From contig NW_018408681.1 in the NCBI RefSeq assembly GCF_002113885.1, forward strand, positions 391,786 through 455,785: a stretch of 64,000 nt of DNA. The letters run 5' to 3'. The notes beneath the pieces are model-generated. The model worked only from the letters and a program-made list of their open reading frames with translations, ran no database searches and was not told the DNA's origin. The stretch's first letter is position 1. Each line of letters begins with the position of its first letter. Below, piece after piece: positions 24,601 to 39,833 of the stretch. The translations under genes and the position numbers were made by a program. This stretch comes from Mizuhopecten yessoensis (lineage: Eukaryota).

Positions 24601-27600
24601 CGTGTTTTACTCATGGCAAAATCACAGAGAGACACACTGTACCATTAAGCTGAGCCAGCTTTCAGAATCCGTAAAATGTTTTGAATATAAGGCTATTATG
24701 GAGTCCTTGCCTTCTAATGCGATCAATTGGTGGACATCGTAATGCATTGGTAGAATTTATATTTTAATATTGACTACTTTTATGAAAGATATGTTACAGT
24801 TATTCTCAACAAATTATAGATGAGCTAACCAGTTTCTATAGATCTATCTCAGAAACAAGGAGATGTTACATAAGATTCAAAACTAAAGAGAATGAAATGT
24901 GTTTGGCGTGGGGTTTCTGTTTAAAGCCAGACGTGTTGTATATAGTAGCTTTCTGTACAATCACATTTGGAGCAGTTACGGAGGGAAAGGGATACTGAAG
25001 TGTAAACACTGGTGCCATCAGTGGCGGTTGTAATTTGTCCCGAATCCATGATGATCAAAGCGGATGAGCGTATTAAACAATTGCTATGCTTTCACGTGTC
25101 CAATCGGTATGCATATGATATCTTTAAGAATTTTTGTTTAGTTTATCTTTTTTTTTATACAAATGAAATATTTGTTTAAGTAATATACAACACACATCTA
25201 ACACTATGTGCATTTTCACAATTATTATTTGCTTAGAGGGTTGTTGATTTGTTAAAGCACTAGTTTATTCGTTAGAAAAGCTTTGTTTGGAATCATATGC
25301 AGTGCTTGATGGCCTCGGTGTTTTAGATTATGTATTGCATACGGCTCATGCATTCAAATAAAAGGCTGCATTTTTCATGTCGGTATGAACTGCAGTTAAA
25401 AACAGACATTCTGTTTCTCGGAATATTTTATGGGGTAAATGACGTCATAATCCAAGCCCATTGCAGGTATAGCTCTATGAATGCAGGCTTCACATAAGGA
25501 AATACAAATTGAATGTTAATATGTATGAGTATCTCCACAGTAAGGTATAATAATTTAATATTAATAATTCATATTATTGCATTGTCCATTTATTTCAAAC
25601 TGATGAGGCTTACAAATAGAGGTGTACGGGGAAATCAGATTCATTTGATTTTTGTAACGCAACGGGTTGAGTGCTACATCAAGTAAACATTTTCAAAATA
25701 TTAATACCGCTTGTTTGTCTTACAATTTGAATATGGATTTCCAAGGTGATGTACTGATATGATCATCCTGGTATTTAAATGAAACAGGGTTGGATAGTCA
25801 GTTAATACATCGTAAAAATACTTCAATGGCAATGAGACAAATAATGTCTTCCACGTTTCCAAAAACCTAAACATTGATTCACATAACTTGATTTTCTCCC
25901 TTTAATCGTATTATAACGACTGTTGGGCGTTAACAGTGTATAAGCAGAAAGTTATTTCTGTTTTCAATAACAAGCGGCATTCATTTCCTTTCCATTGACC
26001 GATTTTTGCTTCATTAAAGTCACACGATCTTGTAATGAGCACTCGACTGTGTTCCTATATTCTCCTCCATTCGTGTGTACCTTGCGCGTGCGCAGTCGAA
26101 AAAGAAGTGTGCTAATGCACATTACCCTAATGATAATGGAGCAAGCAATCAGTCCCAGACAAAAAAGTTGTTTAAACTGTTACACAAACAAAGCCATACA
26201 TCACGTTGATATTAAGGTGCTTCAACATGCCAAGAACAGCATAAAGTGTTAACAAATGAAACCAACTAGTAATAATGACTTCATAATAGACTATTTTTAA
26301 CTTCATTATTGGATGGTCTTGTTTACGATGGTTATATTAGTGGAATTTACCATAACAACAAAAAAATAACGTTATTTAGGCCAATACACTATTCATTTTG
26401 AGTATGATTTTTTTTTTTTAATTTCATTTATAGGAATATAGAACATCAGCATGCTATGCACTTGCTAGTTCTTTGTGTTAACATAAACTGTAAAAAAAAA
26501 ATCACCCATGCTAATAGCAAGATGTTTTGTATTGCAATACACGATGCATTACATTAATTCTTAGAATCCTGAGTTTCCTATCGGAATAGTTTCAACCTAC
26601 ACCACAAAAATTTCACGATCGTCATCATTACCCGATTTCAAAATCGAAGAGATCTTGTACTGTCTGCACGATTGAAGCCTTGTTTAATAACGCAGTTATA
26701 CTTTTTGTACCCCTTGGTATTAATAATTAAATATGCACACAGCGGAAACTGTGTAACCCAAAACATGTATCAACAGATAAAGTCTCTAAATATTCGTTTA
26801 ACTGTACGCGAGGAAAACATAGCTAAATATTAAATCCAAAACCACAATGATGGTTGATGATGTAGCATCAAACGACATGACTTGCTTATATGTAATTAAG
26901 AACGCAGGCCAAACTTTAAAAAAAACTGGTTTTATGAACGGTATCAATAGCTTCGTTAAAGGATTTTTCAATTCATAATTATACTGGGCGTCATAGGGGC
27001 AATATGAGAACATAGCGCAATTAATGACCAGGTTCTCTTTAGGCTCAGTACTCGTTTAGGCGCATTAAATACCCAATTATCTACAGAGTTCATCATAGAA
27101 GATCGAATGTCGTTACGAGCTTGCAGGAGAAGTATTTTTAGAAATTCGACATAATCGTTCATTAACTAGAATTAGCTTAATCACGATGTTCATTTCTTTG
27201 CACTTGGTTGCCTTTTAATAGGAGCTTTAACCCTGTATCAGTGCGTAGCCGAGCAGACAAATTGATTATCTATGGACTGAAGTCAACTAATGCTTGTACT
27301 ACATTCACCTCATGTTGTATTTGATTTCGTTCATTTGTGAAAATAAATAATAATTGCAACTCAGCTCAGACTTTTATTGTTTTTTAATTAACTATCAAAT
27401 GCGGAATTAATGACATTTTATCCATGCTCTAAAATAAGCTAATTATCTGAAAGGTGGAACATCTAGGTTTGGTTACATGGTTCCATACATTGGCGCTTCA
27501 TTTCTGTTACTGTTTTTAAGCATTCGCAACCAGTGATTTATGCAGAGCTATATAAATGCCAACTTCATTGCAGAAAAGCACCCACCCTTTTTAATATCCA

Positions 27601-27945
27601 TTTGTAAAGCATATATTTGTATTTTGGACAGGGTAAAATAATAATAGTAAAATAGTATAAAGCGACATTTGACTATTACTCAAATGTATTTATCTGTAAT
27701 CCATTGATTTTTAGGAAGTTGTCTCAGAGTTCCTTTTTTGGTATTTGTTTTTTTAGCAGGAAGGTATTACAGCGTGAACAATTATACACAAAAGCGTCAA
27801 TACACAAGACCAAATCAGAACTAAATGCCGAACGGAATATAACCAGAAAATTTATGATGTATTGACGTTGGACATGAAGTAAGTGACTGTAACACGAACG
27901 ACGTTGAAAGCGTGACTCGACTGCAAAACATAACATTGAGGTGAT

Positions 27946-28078
27946 TGCCAGGTGGTATAGGACTAGTAGTTAGCACAATAGCGGTAGCAGTACCCAAGAT
28001 CAGGCAGATATATTTTGTGCTGATAATACTAACTGTGTAATATGTATTGTACAACGTATTAGGATGGCGTATTCAGCT
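27946..28078 (+). mobile_element. Fragment of the same SINE 3' region as 33016-33150
   Basis: GCCAGGTGGTATAGGAC(T/A)AGTAGTTAGC is shared with about 33017, and ...TGGCGTAT..AGCTA is shared further on. Confidence 0.55.
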
Positions 28079-30165
28079 AAAACAAATTGACAACAATGCT
28101 GAGATCTTCAGATGTGAATTGCTGTATCTGTCAAGAAAACTTGTTCTGTATGACAACAGCAACATATGATCTGACATATTTTTGACGATAACTTGGTATC
28201 AAACGAGACGTTGATCCTTTATTATAAATCATCGCATCGCTGTATCTAATAACTTATCGCTTAATTGATAATATAACTATCTGCATTTAATACGATGAAG
28301 TTTTTAGAAATCATTTTGTGAAACAAGGATAATTACATTACACTTATGAATACTGGTAACAGCGATACATAAGTGTTTACTAGCTTGTCATCGGCCAAGT
28401 CATTTACAGTACTGTATTCACGGTAACAGTGCAAAGCAGTACGGGTAGGGACGCGTGACAATGTTGTGTCTGCATTAGTGGGTTATAGGGGTAATTAGTG
28501 ACAATTTCCACGCGCCAAATCGCGCCGATTAACCAAACAAACAGCCGGCGCCTTAAGTGTTCCCCTACAACTTACGGGGGTGGAGTGAACGAACGCACTC
28601 ACCGCTTCACAATTATTTGGAGGAGTAGTCGTCAAGCGAACGCGCCACTAATTAATGTTATTGCTTCTTATTAGTACTACGTCCGTGCATGGTCGTGTGT
28701 TTGCTTTTCTTGTTTTATTTGTGTGTGTAGGTAACATACAAAAAAATACAATCTGTCGAATACATGTTTGTATCCCTTGTATCACGAGGTTACAGGGATG
28801 GAAAACATGTCAGAGCAAAAAAAGGAAAGAACTGGATCTCTTTTCATGTCCTGTATGATTCATGGACTCCATAGAACTGTTCTAACACAAGTGAAAATAA
28901 TTTTATGCGTACTATATCAAAAAGGCATCTTCAGTGACTAAGATCTTTGAAATGTTCGCAACTGACGATAGATCGTGTCAGATGTCTGTTGTATTACATA
29001 GTGATAGAAGAAACTGGCATAACTGTGGCCATTTATTATCATGGATCAGTTAAAGGGAAAACATGACGCTTCGGTGTATCTACATTTTGCTAAATCAGCA
29101 GACGTGGATTATTATTTAAGAAAACATATGATGGAATGTCACCTATATAAAACTTGCTGTAGATATTATGTATTTAGTTTTCTTTTAAGGTAAAATTTAA
29201 TGTCTTGTATGGATTAGTAATATACGCAAAAGAATGATGTTTTTTTTATCATATCTCTGAATTTCTATTCTCATTTTGCCCCAGAACCATTTCAAATTAT
29301 GACGTCATAATCAAAAGCAAGATATATCATTGAAAATAAAAACGGATGAAAACATGTGATCATGATAGGGATGATTAAGTATTGGTATGGTATATATAGA
29401 TATTCAAAATAGATCCAGTCGCAGATAAGATCATACAAAATAAAGGAAGTATTTAGTAATCATTATCGCGAATGCCTGCGAATATCAGCAACAAAACAAA
29501 AGTCTCTAACCATTAACACGTCTTGAACGACGCCATAGTGACGTCTTTTCTATTGCCTTCATTATGGCATCACAAATGTTTATATGTCATGAGGTAAGCA
29601 TTATGCATATCGTTAAACAGTTGTAATGTGGATTAATTATCGTGGCAAGGTAGATATGGCATGGATACGTTTCAGTGCAAATATCTACTGGAACACCGCT
29701 AAACGCTGGACGTGTGCTGTTCACGTACCCATCCACCTGCAATATAGATTATCTCAGTTCATAAAGTTTGCGTATTAAAGTAACAGTTTGCAGGTAACTT
29801 GTAGCTGAAAGTATCCTTGACGGTTATCTATCTTGGCGGCAATCTTACAATACAGGTGGTCTGTGGTGACGCCTCTACATTGATATTTCGGCTACGTTTT
29901 ATCAGGGTATAACAAATCACTAAACTTGTACTTCACAGATAAACATTTCAACGTTGGCTAATATATTGGCGGAAATTATAGCAATTTTACAACATTGACA
30001 CATTAGTAATCTTCACAATCATGACGTCACATCCGGTGAATAATATAGTTTTAAAGCTCTGATATATGTTCGTGAATGTGGTATGATATGTTTAAATCGG
30101 ATACATATCTTCACTTAATAACGAAATACATATGGTATGCATTAAGAGATATGTTGATAAGTATT

Positions 30166-30745
30166 CTGATAGCTGTACAACAAACATGGTCTCCTGATAA
30201 CTGTACAACAAGCATAGCCCCTGATAGCTGTACAACAAGCATAGCTCCCTGATAGCTGTACAACAAGCATAGTCCCCTGATAGCTGTACAACAAGCATAT
30301 CCCCTAATAGCTGTACAACAAGCATAGCCCCCTGATAGCTGTACAACAAGCATAGCCCCCTGATAGCTGTACAACAAACATTGTCTCCTGATAGCTGTAC
30401 AACAAGCATAACCCCCTGATAGCTGTACAAAAGCATAGCCCCTGATAGTTGTACAACAAGTATATCCCACGATAGCTGTACAACAAGCATAGCCCCCTGA
30501 TAGCTGTACAACAAGCATAGCCCCCTGATAGCTGTACAACAAACATAGCCCCCTGATAGCTGTACAACAAGCATAGCCCCTGATAGCTGTACAACAAGCA
30601 TGGCCCCTTGATAGCTGTACAACAAGCATGGTCTCCTGATAGCTCTACAACAAACATAGTCCCCTGATAGCTGTACAACAAACATAGTCCCCTGATAGCT
30701 GTACAACAAGCATAGTCCCCTGATAGCTGTACAACAAGCATAGTC
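30166..30745. repeat. 28-29-bp minisatellite, about 20 copies (CTGATAGCTGTACAACAAGCATAGCCCC)
   Basis: Directly visible tandem array. Length variation in the C run shifts the frame and gives the three overlapping repetitive ORFs at 30092-30763. Confidence 0.97.
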
Positions 30746-32721
30746 TTCTGAACTAGAATCCATAAAAGTTCTTCACCAAAGTCTACGAATCATCTAACTA
30801 ATCTAATTAAGAGAAATACTGTCAATTAATACTGATGCTCAAATTCATAGCTTGATCGACACTAATTAAGATACAGTAGGTGGATGCAAGTTAATCACAT
30901 CATAAAGTTTACCTAAACCAAATCGAGTGTTCATAATGCAACGAGGCGATTTCATCTGTTACAAATATGTTTCCAGTTATGACCACGGCATAGGCAGGTA
31001 AGCTGCTCGTAACAATTGACATAATTAGGTATGTAGCAAAGTAAGATACTATCCCGTGTGTAACGATTGATTGAAACAAGGCCGTTATTCCAAGGCCGAC
31101 TAGCGGACAATAACTTGTTGTTTACTGGACATTTGTCAGATTGCTTGCTGAATGTAACACATAACAAAAAATGTGACGCGTGCATTGGAATCAGCACAAA
31201 CGATCTATGCACGTGTGTGTTCTTTGGTGTCTGTTTGCAAGTGTAATATAGATACAAATATAAAATTGGAGGCAAAACGTCTTCTGAAAGATGTATAAAA
31301 AACTGTGTAAATTTGAAAACGAGTTTAAAACAACTTGTTATGTAACTCTTTATTTGGAAAATTTAATTAGGAACTGAATAAAAAAGAATGATTGAAGGCG
31401 GAAAACACCACCAGAAACATAAAATAGTTTGCTTTCATATATCGAATCGTTATCCGGTAAACGCTATCAAGTATTTGACGTTTTTTTTCAAAAAAATATT
31501 GCTTGGGACATTTTGTACTTGTTTATACAAACGAAACGCTGCATATAAACTTACTTTCTGATGTACAAATGTACAAGCACAAACCAGACACAATCTGATA
31601 TTGAGTTGATAATATTAAAGCAATGAAGCTAACAAATATTCTTGTTTTTTTCTCTCTCTCAGTTTATGCTCTGTTCGGCACACATTAATGAACGTATCGA
31701 TGTACATACTTATATATATATGATACACATGCTTCCCCTCCTGGTAGGAATATTGCATTTTATAGAACCAGACACCCCATAAAACTCCATATTATCCCTT
31801 CACATGTAAGCGTACCCATGGACCCTGACTAGTCAAGAGGCACAGCCATCAGACAAACATGCAAGGTCGGATAGCATGTGCAACACACACAGCATCATGT
31901 TCTCACATCAAAAGCTGTAACACACATGTAGGGCAATCCGAAGTACCATATACACAGTTTAGTGTACGAGCATGCTATCTCATCGACATTGGACTACGGG
32001 TGAAATGAAAAATAAGGCATGTCGTGTTCTGTTCGATTAAATGGAACATATAGCAGCGTGTTCTATATATACAAAACATCACTATTAGATGAACTTGTTT
32101 CATTGTAAAGGCTCCAGTTCATTATCAGTGCAATGACTTATATCTTGCGTTATTTTACACTTTCAAGAAATAGAACATTGACTTTGTACATATAGTACTT
32201 TTCAACATGTCTAGCAAAGCAAAGTATTAATGTCTAAAAATGCATGCATTACAATTGAATTATTACGGAGTCATATTATTAAGAGTTCGCATTTTTCACG
32301 ATAATTGCTTTCTATTCGGAACAAGAAGGTGCTTGGGCAGGAGAGAAATAAACCAAATGTTGTTGTGACCTAGGTAGAGATTGAAACACTGAGATACTTG
32401 TGGTGTCAGGAATGCGCTCGTTGGAGCCATCGTGACCCTAGCATAGTGTTAATGTGATTGTACCACGTACAGGTGTTCTACATATGACACGGCGTCCTAC
32501 ACGAGGCGGGTCTGTACAATAATCAGAGTAGGTATTCGTGAGGTGTTACCTTGTACCTGGTTGATAAATCATTGTTATGGTGTGGTATCGGATGAATATG
32601 CTACGAAACAAACAGTAAAACCTATAATAACGTGAGAGAAGACAATTGTATATATATAAAAAAATGTATTTTAGACCAAATTTAGCTTGATCTGAGAAAG
32701 GTGAGCTAAAATTGCAATTAT

Positions 32722-33190
32722 GGGCGGATTGGTTGAGTGGTTAACGCTTCGGCCTTCATAGCAGGCGGCCGGGGTTTGATCCCCGAAGTCGTCGCACGCA
32801 TGGAATATCAGAGAAATTGTTGTTTTACTGCCCACACAACTCCAACAACCCAGGTGAAGTATACAATGGTCTGGGTGGATGTTGCGGTATCTGTGATGTA
32901 GCATTCAAGTGAGGTGGCACTATACAAGATGCAATTGGAAGCACGGTCCACCTACAAACAGAACACAATACAAATCCAGCACACACGCAGGCATACACAC
33001 ATACGGAGATATTAGCCAGGTGGTATAGGACAAGTAGTTAGCTCATGATAAGGCAGCTCCTGCGAATTCCTCCAAAAAGTTGTATATCCTAATTGTATTA
33101 ATTGTATATCTATGTACTGTAAAGCGCTTTAGAGTGGCGTATGTTAGCTAGATAGGGCGCTATATCAAATGTTGTATATTAAAATTTATT
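32722..33190 (+). mobile_element. tRNA-derived SINE with an L2/CR1-like 3' tail
   Basis: Pol III A box TGGTTGAGTGG (32730-32740) and B box GGTTTGATCCC (32773-32783). The body motif TTCAAGTGAGGTGGCACTATA is related to the other SINE copies. The tail reads TGTAAAGCGCTTTAGAG...GCGCTATATCAAAT...TATT. Confidence 0.7.
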
Positions 33191-36100
33191 ATCTATTAAG
33201 GATGTTACGGCATATTAACACATATTTTATACAATTTAATGATCCTGATGTCTTTTGGTGGATCCGATGATACAATTCTACTGTTACTTTCCTGAGGGCA
33301 TCCACTAGTATACTCCGTCCGGCCACACTATACGGACCACGGATAAACTTGATAAGCAAGATATTAGTCTATTAATTATGAACTAATAACTTCTTGTCAC
33401 CAACAGTTAATACAATTTATGAAGTAAAATAGTACAAACATATACCTTTGCGTCGACATCCCAGACCAGTTCTAGACGTCATAACATTAGAAATATTAGA
33501 CATAATGAAACATGATTTTATAACCGAGCCGAAACGCTAGGTGAGAGGTGAATTACAGACCATAATATGTTACTGTACTACACAGAAGAAAATAACATCG
33601 ATAACAATGAACATTCTTAAGCAGTTTATATTTCGACTAACGAGGTATGGTTTGCATTTGGTCAGTGCATTCAAGGTCTGTTGCGTGTTTGATTTACGAG
33701 CTCAATGGAAGTGCCCAACACAATTCAGCTCCCTTTTCCCCCTCTCTCCCCATGGCATAGCACACTGTTATCCAGCTAAACACGATACTTATCACTGGAG
33801 ATGTAGGACAGGCACGATATGTTGGAGTGTAATCCGCGATAAAGTGCGCATCAATTCTTGTATCATATCTTGAAAATCATGCGTCCTGTAGAGATTCCGG
33901 AAACAAATATCTTGCCGTCCATGTTTTATTTTAGTATACTGCTTCCGGTGTCTGACAGGATCGACAGTTTATATATAAAAAATGCTTAAAACAACATGTG
34001 ACGAGTTAATACAGATCGGACAGATTGGAAAAATCGCGCACTATTTCGTACGATTTTATATCTTGTTTTAGATTGTTAAGATGAAAAAAAGAGAAAACAT
34101 TCGAAACTTTGAAAAGATAGAATGGCCGCAAGTGTTACATGTACAGTTATCGTTCGGTACTCATCGCAAAGTTGCCACGTTTCCGTTCGTGAAAAAAAAT
34201 GAATCATTTCTCCATAATGATCTCAGATATCAAAGGATCATAACGAATATCTTTGCTTAGTTTTTCCTTTTTAGATTCGCGTTTCCACGAAATGTTTAAC
34301 CACAAAATATATCTCTTTGACTCTCTATCCAAAATGTAATAACATTATGTTTATCTTAACACGCGTTCTACCTGATTAATCATAAACCTGCTTTTTACCA
34401 CTTTACCCTAACGACGTATAGCAACTTCTTAGAACATTTCCTATGTAACATAAATATACATAAACCAATTGCTTTTAACGTTACATCGCTGTTCCAAAAC
34501 ATGAAAGATTCTATCGCGCTATTTTCAACTGATAAAACGATTAATTTTCCTCATTTTGCTGTAGATATCGTTATAATGAGTATAATGCAGGGGTGTGATA
34601 TAATAAAGAATCCATCTTGCGTCTCGCATCATATCGCCGAAAAACGACACTTAATTTGCGCTTCTTGCGAAAAATATGCCGTACTGTATCGATTCGACCA
34701 CAATGTACATTCAAAGTATATAAATCATAATCTTTATATTTATTTCAAACAGTATTTTTAATGTTGCAATTTTTAGACTTTTAAATGCTATCTCTAAATT
34801 TTTAATAAAATATATGAATTGTCTTACATTATGATTATAGGCTTTTATCTATTATCAACCTGCAATAAGGACACAAAACACAATGCCCTTTGCATATCTA
34901 GTACATGTATGCCATTGCTGGAAATATAGCAAACGAGCAAAGTACATGTTTCGATATCAGTTGATTTTTCATTAATATTGTCAATAGTGTATAATTGTAG
35001 ACATATGGCTATTTTAACAGCGGGTTATTCCGTTTACACATCTTTGTGCTATATTCAAATCTGGGTGTGGATGTGTACTTAAAAATAATCATAAAGTGTA
35101 AACAATGTTTATATCGGCCACGTGCAGACAGACAACAGAGCGCGCGATTTACAACACACTGATGCGGTCTTTAACATACAGAGAGAAGATCTGACCACTT
35201 GTAGTATGTGCCGACAGAAACCTGCCATTATTCTCTACTTTGCTGTCAGAGCCGAGTGCCTAATAGCCCCCATTCCTAAATGAAACCCACCTGTTTATAC
35301 CTTACAAGCTATCAATGGAGCCAGACAAGTTTAGTTCTGATAATTACACATTCTTTTATTTCCCCTGCAAATTCGTCACATTTAGAAAGCAAACAGTACA
35401 CATTCGACAAGTTCAACAACGTAAAATTTACTTACAAAAAAATAACTAAATGATCGCAGACACGTCTTTCAACAATTCTTATTAAAGTTATTATCAGACA
35501 AAATCAATTTATAACGAAGTCAAAAAATTAATCATAACCATTTGTAAGAATGAGATATATTACTACTCATTTAACTACTCTTGTTTACAGATATCTCAGA
35601 TATCTCAAAACAAAAGCGGGATTGATTTCAACATGCATTACATACACATTATACAATTTGTCCAGCAATGTCTTTTTGTAAGAGAGGGATCTGGCGATAA
35701 AGCGAGAGATATGGAACTGGTACTAAAAAGGCAATTAGAACCTTGAAAACTGAAGGCAGTAAGCGTGGTGGCAATGGAAACGTGACACGTCATATCCAGG
35801 TTTTATTGTACATGTATTTGTATGACGAAACGTTTACAAGTGCAGGCCTGAGTCCGGATCGTTAAAACGGGTATGTAGGCAGTGATGTACTGTAAAATAT
35901 AAGAGAAAATTAACAACAGCGCCAGTAAACAAATAAATCTTCATTTAGTAAACGACATACTTTTCTTCTATCACAAAACATTGCTTGATAATTAATTGTG
36001 AGTTTGCCAAAACACCAATAGCAATAAAATTTAGCATAACCAATATATGTCTTCTTGGTTTACTGGCTATGATAATGAACCACATAAGATATATGGCATA

Positions 36101-39100
36101 GAAACCATGTATAACAAAACAAAAATAGATGTCGGCTAATCTTGCTGACCTTTCACGCTGAATAGAGTTTAATAGAGCATAAAAATGATTTATTTGTCTC
36201 AAGGTCAAAGATATACAGGAAAATCTGAAATATTTATATGCGTGTCTGGATATCCGATATCTCTTGGAATGCTCTTATCTTCCAGCCTATATTGGATATT
36301 TAATGGACCACCTAGCCCGTTGTTATCTCAACTCTGAGGTCAGTGTATTAAATATGCATTTTTTTTGTGTACACGATATATATCAAATCTTTTGTATACA
36401 TAAAACATGTCTATTTCATACAAATAAACATACATTTGTGACAGATATGACAATAATTGATTATACATGCATTCGGAAGAATTGCCTCTAGAGTTGAAAT
36501 CAAGTGTACCATTACCAATCACTTTCTCAAACAGAAAAAAATATTAATTGAAGACATCACGCGGAGTAATGGACTATCGTAGCTATTTATTTTTAAGTCA
36601 GAGGAAGATGTGGGACTGTAGGGCTAAATGTGACTTACATTAAGTTAACAAAACGTCAAATTATGTTTTCAAGAAAGTTTTTCTTTCTAGACATCTTTAA
36701 AGCTGTATCCTTGAATAAAAAAGTATCTTACATGTCATTTATTGATAAATATTTAGATAAAAACTGTTTATTATTGGGAAATAGGTTAAAAACCTTCAAG
36801 ATTGCATAACAATTGTTATAAAACATTGGTAGTGCTTATTCAATGTAAACGAGATTAGAAAAATATTTAAATGCTATATATACAGTATTCTATAATGGTA
36901 TCCGGCCTATCATACCACACAAAGCCAGACAGAGTCCGCAATTAACTTGAAATAAATACCGACAGACAATTTATAAATTTAGAACATGTGGCTGAATGTG
37001 GCTCCACTGACGGATTAACATCCCGCAGGCTCTAAACGAGGCTGCAGTTCGTCTGGTGGCAATGATGAATGAAATACTTGTGCCTGTTGGTAAAACAGGA
37101 AGCGACAAATTGACCAAGCAATTACTCGCCTTACATTGGCTGCGGAAATATAATATGTTAATATATTATCCAATCAGAGCTGCTCTTTGGAAACAGGTTA
37201 TGCCCTCTTGACAGAAACAATAAGATAGTGAAAGGATGCAAATGTTCATTTCAAACGGAAATAGTTTCAGATTATGCTCATATTACTACGAAAAAAGTAT
37301 ATTTAGGTTACTTCTATCAACAGAGAACAGATAGGAATGTTGTGTTAATTCACCCTTTAAAACTAGAACGTGATTGCATTGCATTTTACCGAAGGCACAC
37401 TTCAAATCCAAAACTTTTTTTTTTAATTTGGCACGGAATTCGACTAAGGGTATTGCAAAATGTCAAAAGTATACCATATACATTCCAACCTTTTTTTGGA
37501 CGCACCAATAACTATGAATATACATGATTAAAAATTCATATTATGCCTTAAACATGATAAGCTTTTGAAATATAAGCATGTTTTTGCCAAGTTTCATAGA
37601 TAATGCCAAATCGCTTTACCAGATTTTGGAAGATAACATGCAAAAACGGAATGCTTCATTTATCCGGACGAGGACACGAGTCTGCGATACGGAGAGTTTG
37701 GTGAATCAAGGACTACGATAGAGAGCATATATGATTCAAACGCACTGAGGCAGCAGCTGTCGATAGCATAGATTACGGGAGATAGCAACTTGGCCCTAGC
37801 TAAGGATTTAGACACTCGCTATGAGTGAGCCATGCTAATTAACGGAGACGAGCGTGTGATACGCGTACTTTCCTATTACCAAAATATCTAAATTTTCACG
37901 CTGCCGAAATGATTCTCATATGCCTTCTGTTTTTCATTTATTTTTGTTAATATACAGTATATAAACTAAAGAGAAGGTACCATGATAACTAGGGTTTTTA
38001 AAGAGGAAATACACAATTTATATGGATATTGGTTATTATATCGTTTTAGAATGCGATATCTAAATTCAATGTCTCCACAGTGTTAAATTGAGTAATTATA
38101 AATATTGAATTGCAGGATATTATCACACTTCAAACATCACAAAAGACAAAGTCATATTTTCCCCTTCACGACCGTGCGTTCGGCGTTAAGTCAGATTATA
38201 ACGTCGTATTACATGTTAACCAGAGCGTTAATGAATTAACATAAATCATATAGGGAAAAGTCCTGCCTAATAATAACATCATAAACACTCCAATTTGTTC
38301 CAGAAATTTGTGCCAGCGTTTGCTATGTCGGAATTACAACAAATCTTTTACAGACGCCCTGTATATCGGTTAAAGACCAATGCGAAATATTTATACTAGT
38401 ATTGTTAACTATTGCTGCATGATAAACTGGAAATAAGAATGTCTCGATATACTGTGGTTTGGCATTACATGTATATGTGATAAGGAACATAATCAAACAC
38501 CCACTAATATATAAAAAACGTATGGTTCCACAGAAGTGTTCCTATTAAAGGTGGAATGAGTTCCGTTGATACACCGCATCAACATTAAGTATAGCTGTAT
38601 CTGCAGCTAAGCTTTTTTAAACAAATACATTTATAGCACGAAATTAGCAAGCCGTATTATCAAACATTGGATATTTAGACGGCACAATTGTCACATTTTT
38701 CTACAATCCAAAAAACAAAACAAAAAAACAATTCTTTTCAGAGGAAGCAAAAGTATCACAGCAACCTTAAATGTACACTGCATATAAAAACGCAATACCG
38801 TAACCAGTATTTTTCATGACGTATTTGGCGGAGTTAATTAGCTAATTAGCCGCCTTTTATTTGTTATATGGAATGTTTCTTTGTATGCTATAAACAGCAG
38901 CAGCAGGTTATGTAACATCCCACTGAACAAATCTCCACAAGAATGTACAACAATCTCAAGTCTTTGCTTAATTGTGATATTCCTTTCTCATTGTGAATGA
39001 ACTAATCTCCCTACCATATGTTCTACTCTTTGTACTGTATCAACACTCTACAGTGCGATGGATCCGAGGAATTCAGTAATTCCAACCTTTCCCCGTTCTA

Positions 39101-39370
39101 CAATCCTTCACACTCACACTACCATCCCTACGGCTTCTTTTCGTTACATACTGTAAACCGGAAATTTTTCGCCGCAGTTTCAATTTCACTGTTTTCGCCT
39201 TTTGCAACAAGAGAGAATTCATCACTGTAGTAATTATTAGTACACATAATTAACTAAATATCAACTACATGTATATGAAAGGATGGAAAACATACTAGAC
39301 GAATATAAGTTAAACCGATGAAGAGCAAATATTTGGCTGGGCGAAATTTCACGCTGTGCTGTATGTTCTG

Positions 39371-39833
39371 GGCTTGTATTCATGAGACCGTTCTCATGCT
39401 CAAGCATGGATTCCGTGCTCACACCAACTTTCTGGTAACTCGCTTCAATTATGTCAAACGATCAAAAAGTCATAAGGAAACATTGGAAACAGTATTCAGC
39501 TGTAAGTCTCTTCAATGTGTTTCCAAACCATTGACAAAATGAAATATTTGAAATAACTGATAGCGTAAACAAGAAATTCGGCTTGAGCATAAAATCCATG
39601 CTTGAGCATGAGAACGGTTTCATGAATATGGGCCCAGCTCAATATAACTCAATAAATCAATCTTCTTTATCAATGATTTGGATACATATTAGAGAGACTT
39701 ATAACCAAATACTGTTTTCGATGTTTTCATTTGACTATTTGATCGTTTGACATGATCTAAGCGAGTTACAAGAATGCTGGTGTGAGCACGGAATCAATTC
39801 TTGAGCATGAGAACGGTTTCATGAATACGGGCC
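39371..39833. mobile_element. Non-autonomous DNA transposon (MITE), PIF/Harbinger-like, with about 57-bp TIRs and a CTG target-site duplication
   Basis: Left end ctg|GGCTTGTATTCATGAGACCGTTCTCATGCTCAAG...TTCCGTGCTCACACCA. Right end TGGTGTGAGCACGGAATC...CTTGAGCATGAGAACGGTTTCATGAATACGGGCC|ctg. A 3-bp CWG TSD and GGCC ends fit Harbinger-type elements. An extra right end lies at about 39594-39634. Confidence 0.75.

Noticed and set aside
25600-25630. Other CTGANGA matches (e.g. about 19580, 25600, 53753, 55043)
   Set aside because: None has a properly placed GAAA with flanking stems, so they are not hammerheads.
758-30030. Scattered TGACGTCA (CRE) palindromes (about 758, 7562, 25440, 29299, 30022)
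   Set aside because: Isolated 8-mers give no evidence of function, despite the tempting link to the PKA motifs.
30092-30763. Three long overlapping ORFs (223, 172 and 145 aa), and a superficial CRISPR-like look
   Set aside because: They are translations of a head-to-tail minisatellite. There are no unique spacers and no cas genes, and the context is eukaryotic.
32722-32795. tRNA-like sequence whose anticodon loop could be read as UCA (Sec/opal suppressor)
   Set aside because: The stems are broken, there is no long variable arm, and it continues directly into a SINE body and tail. It is a SINE head.
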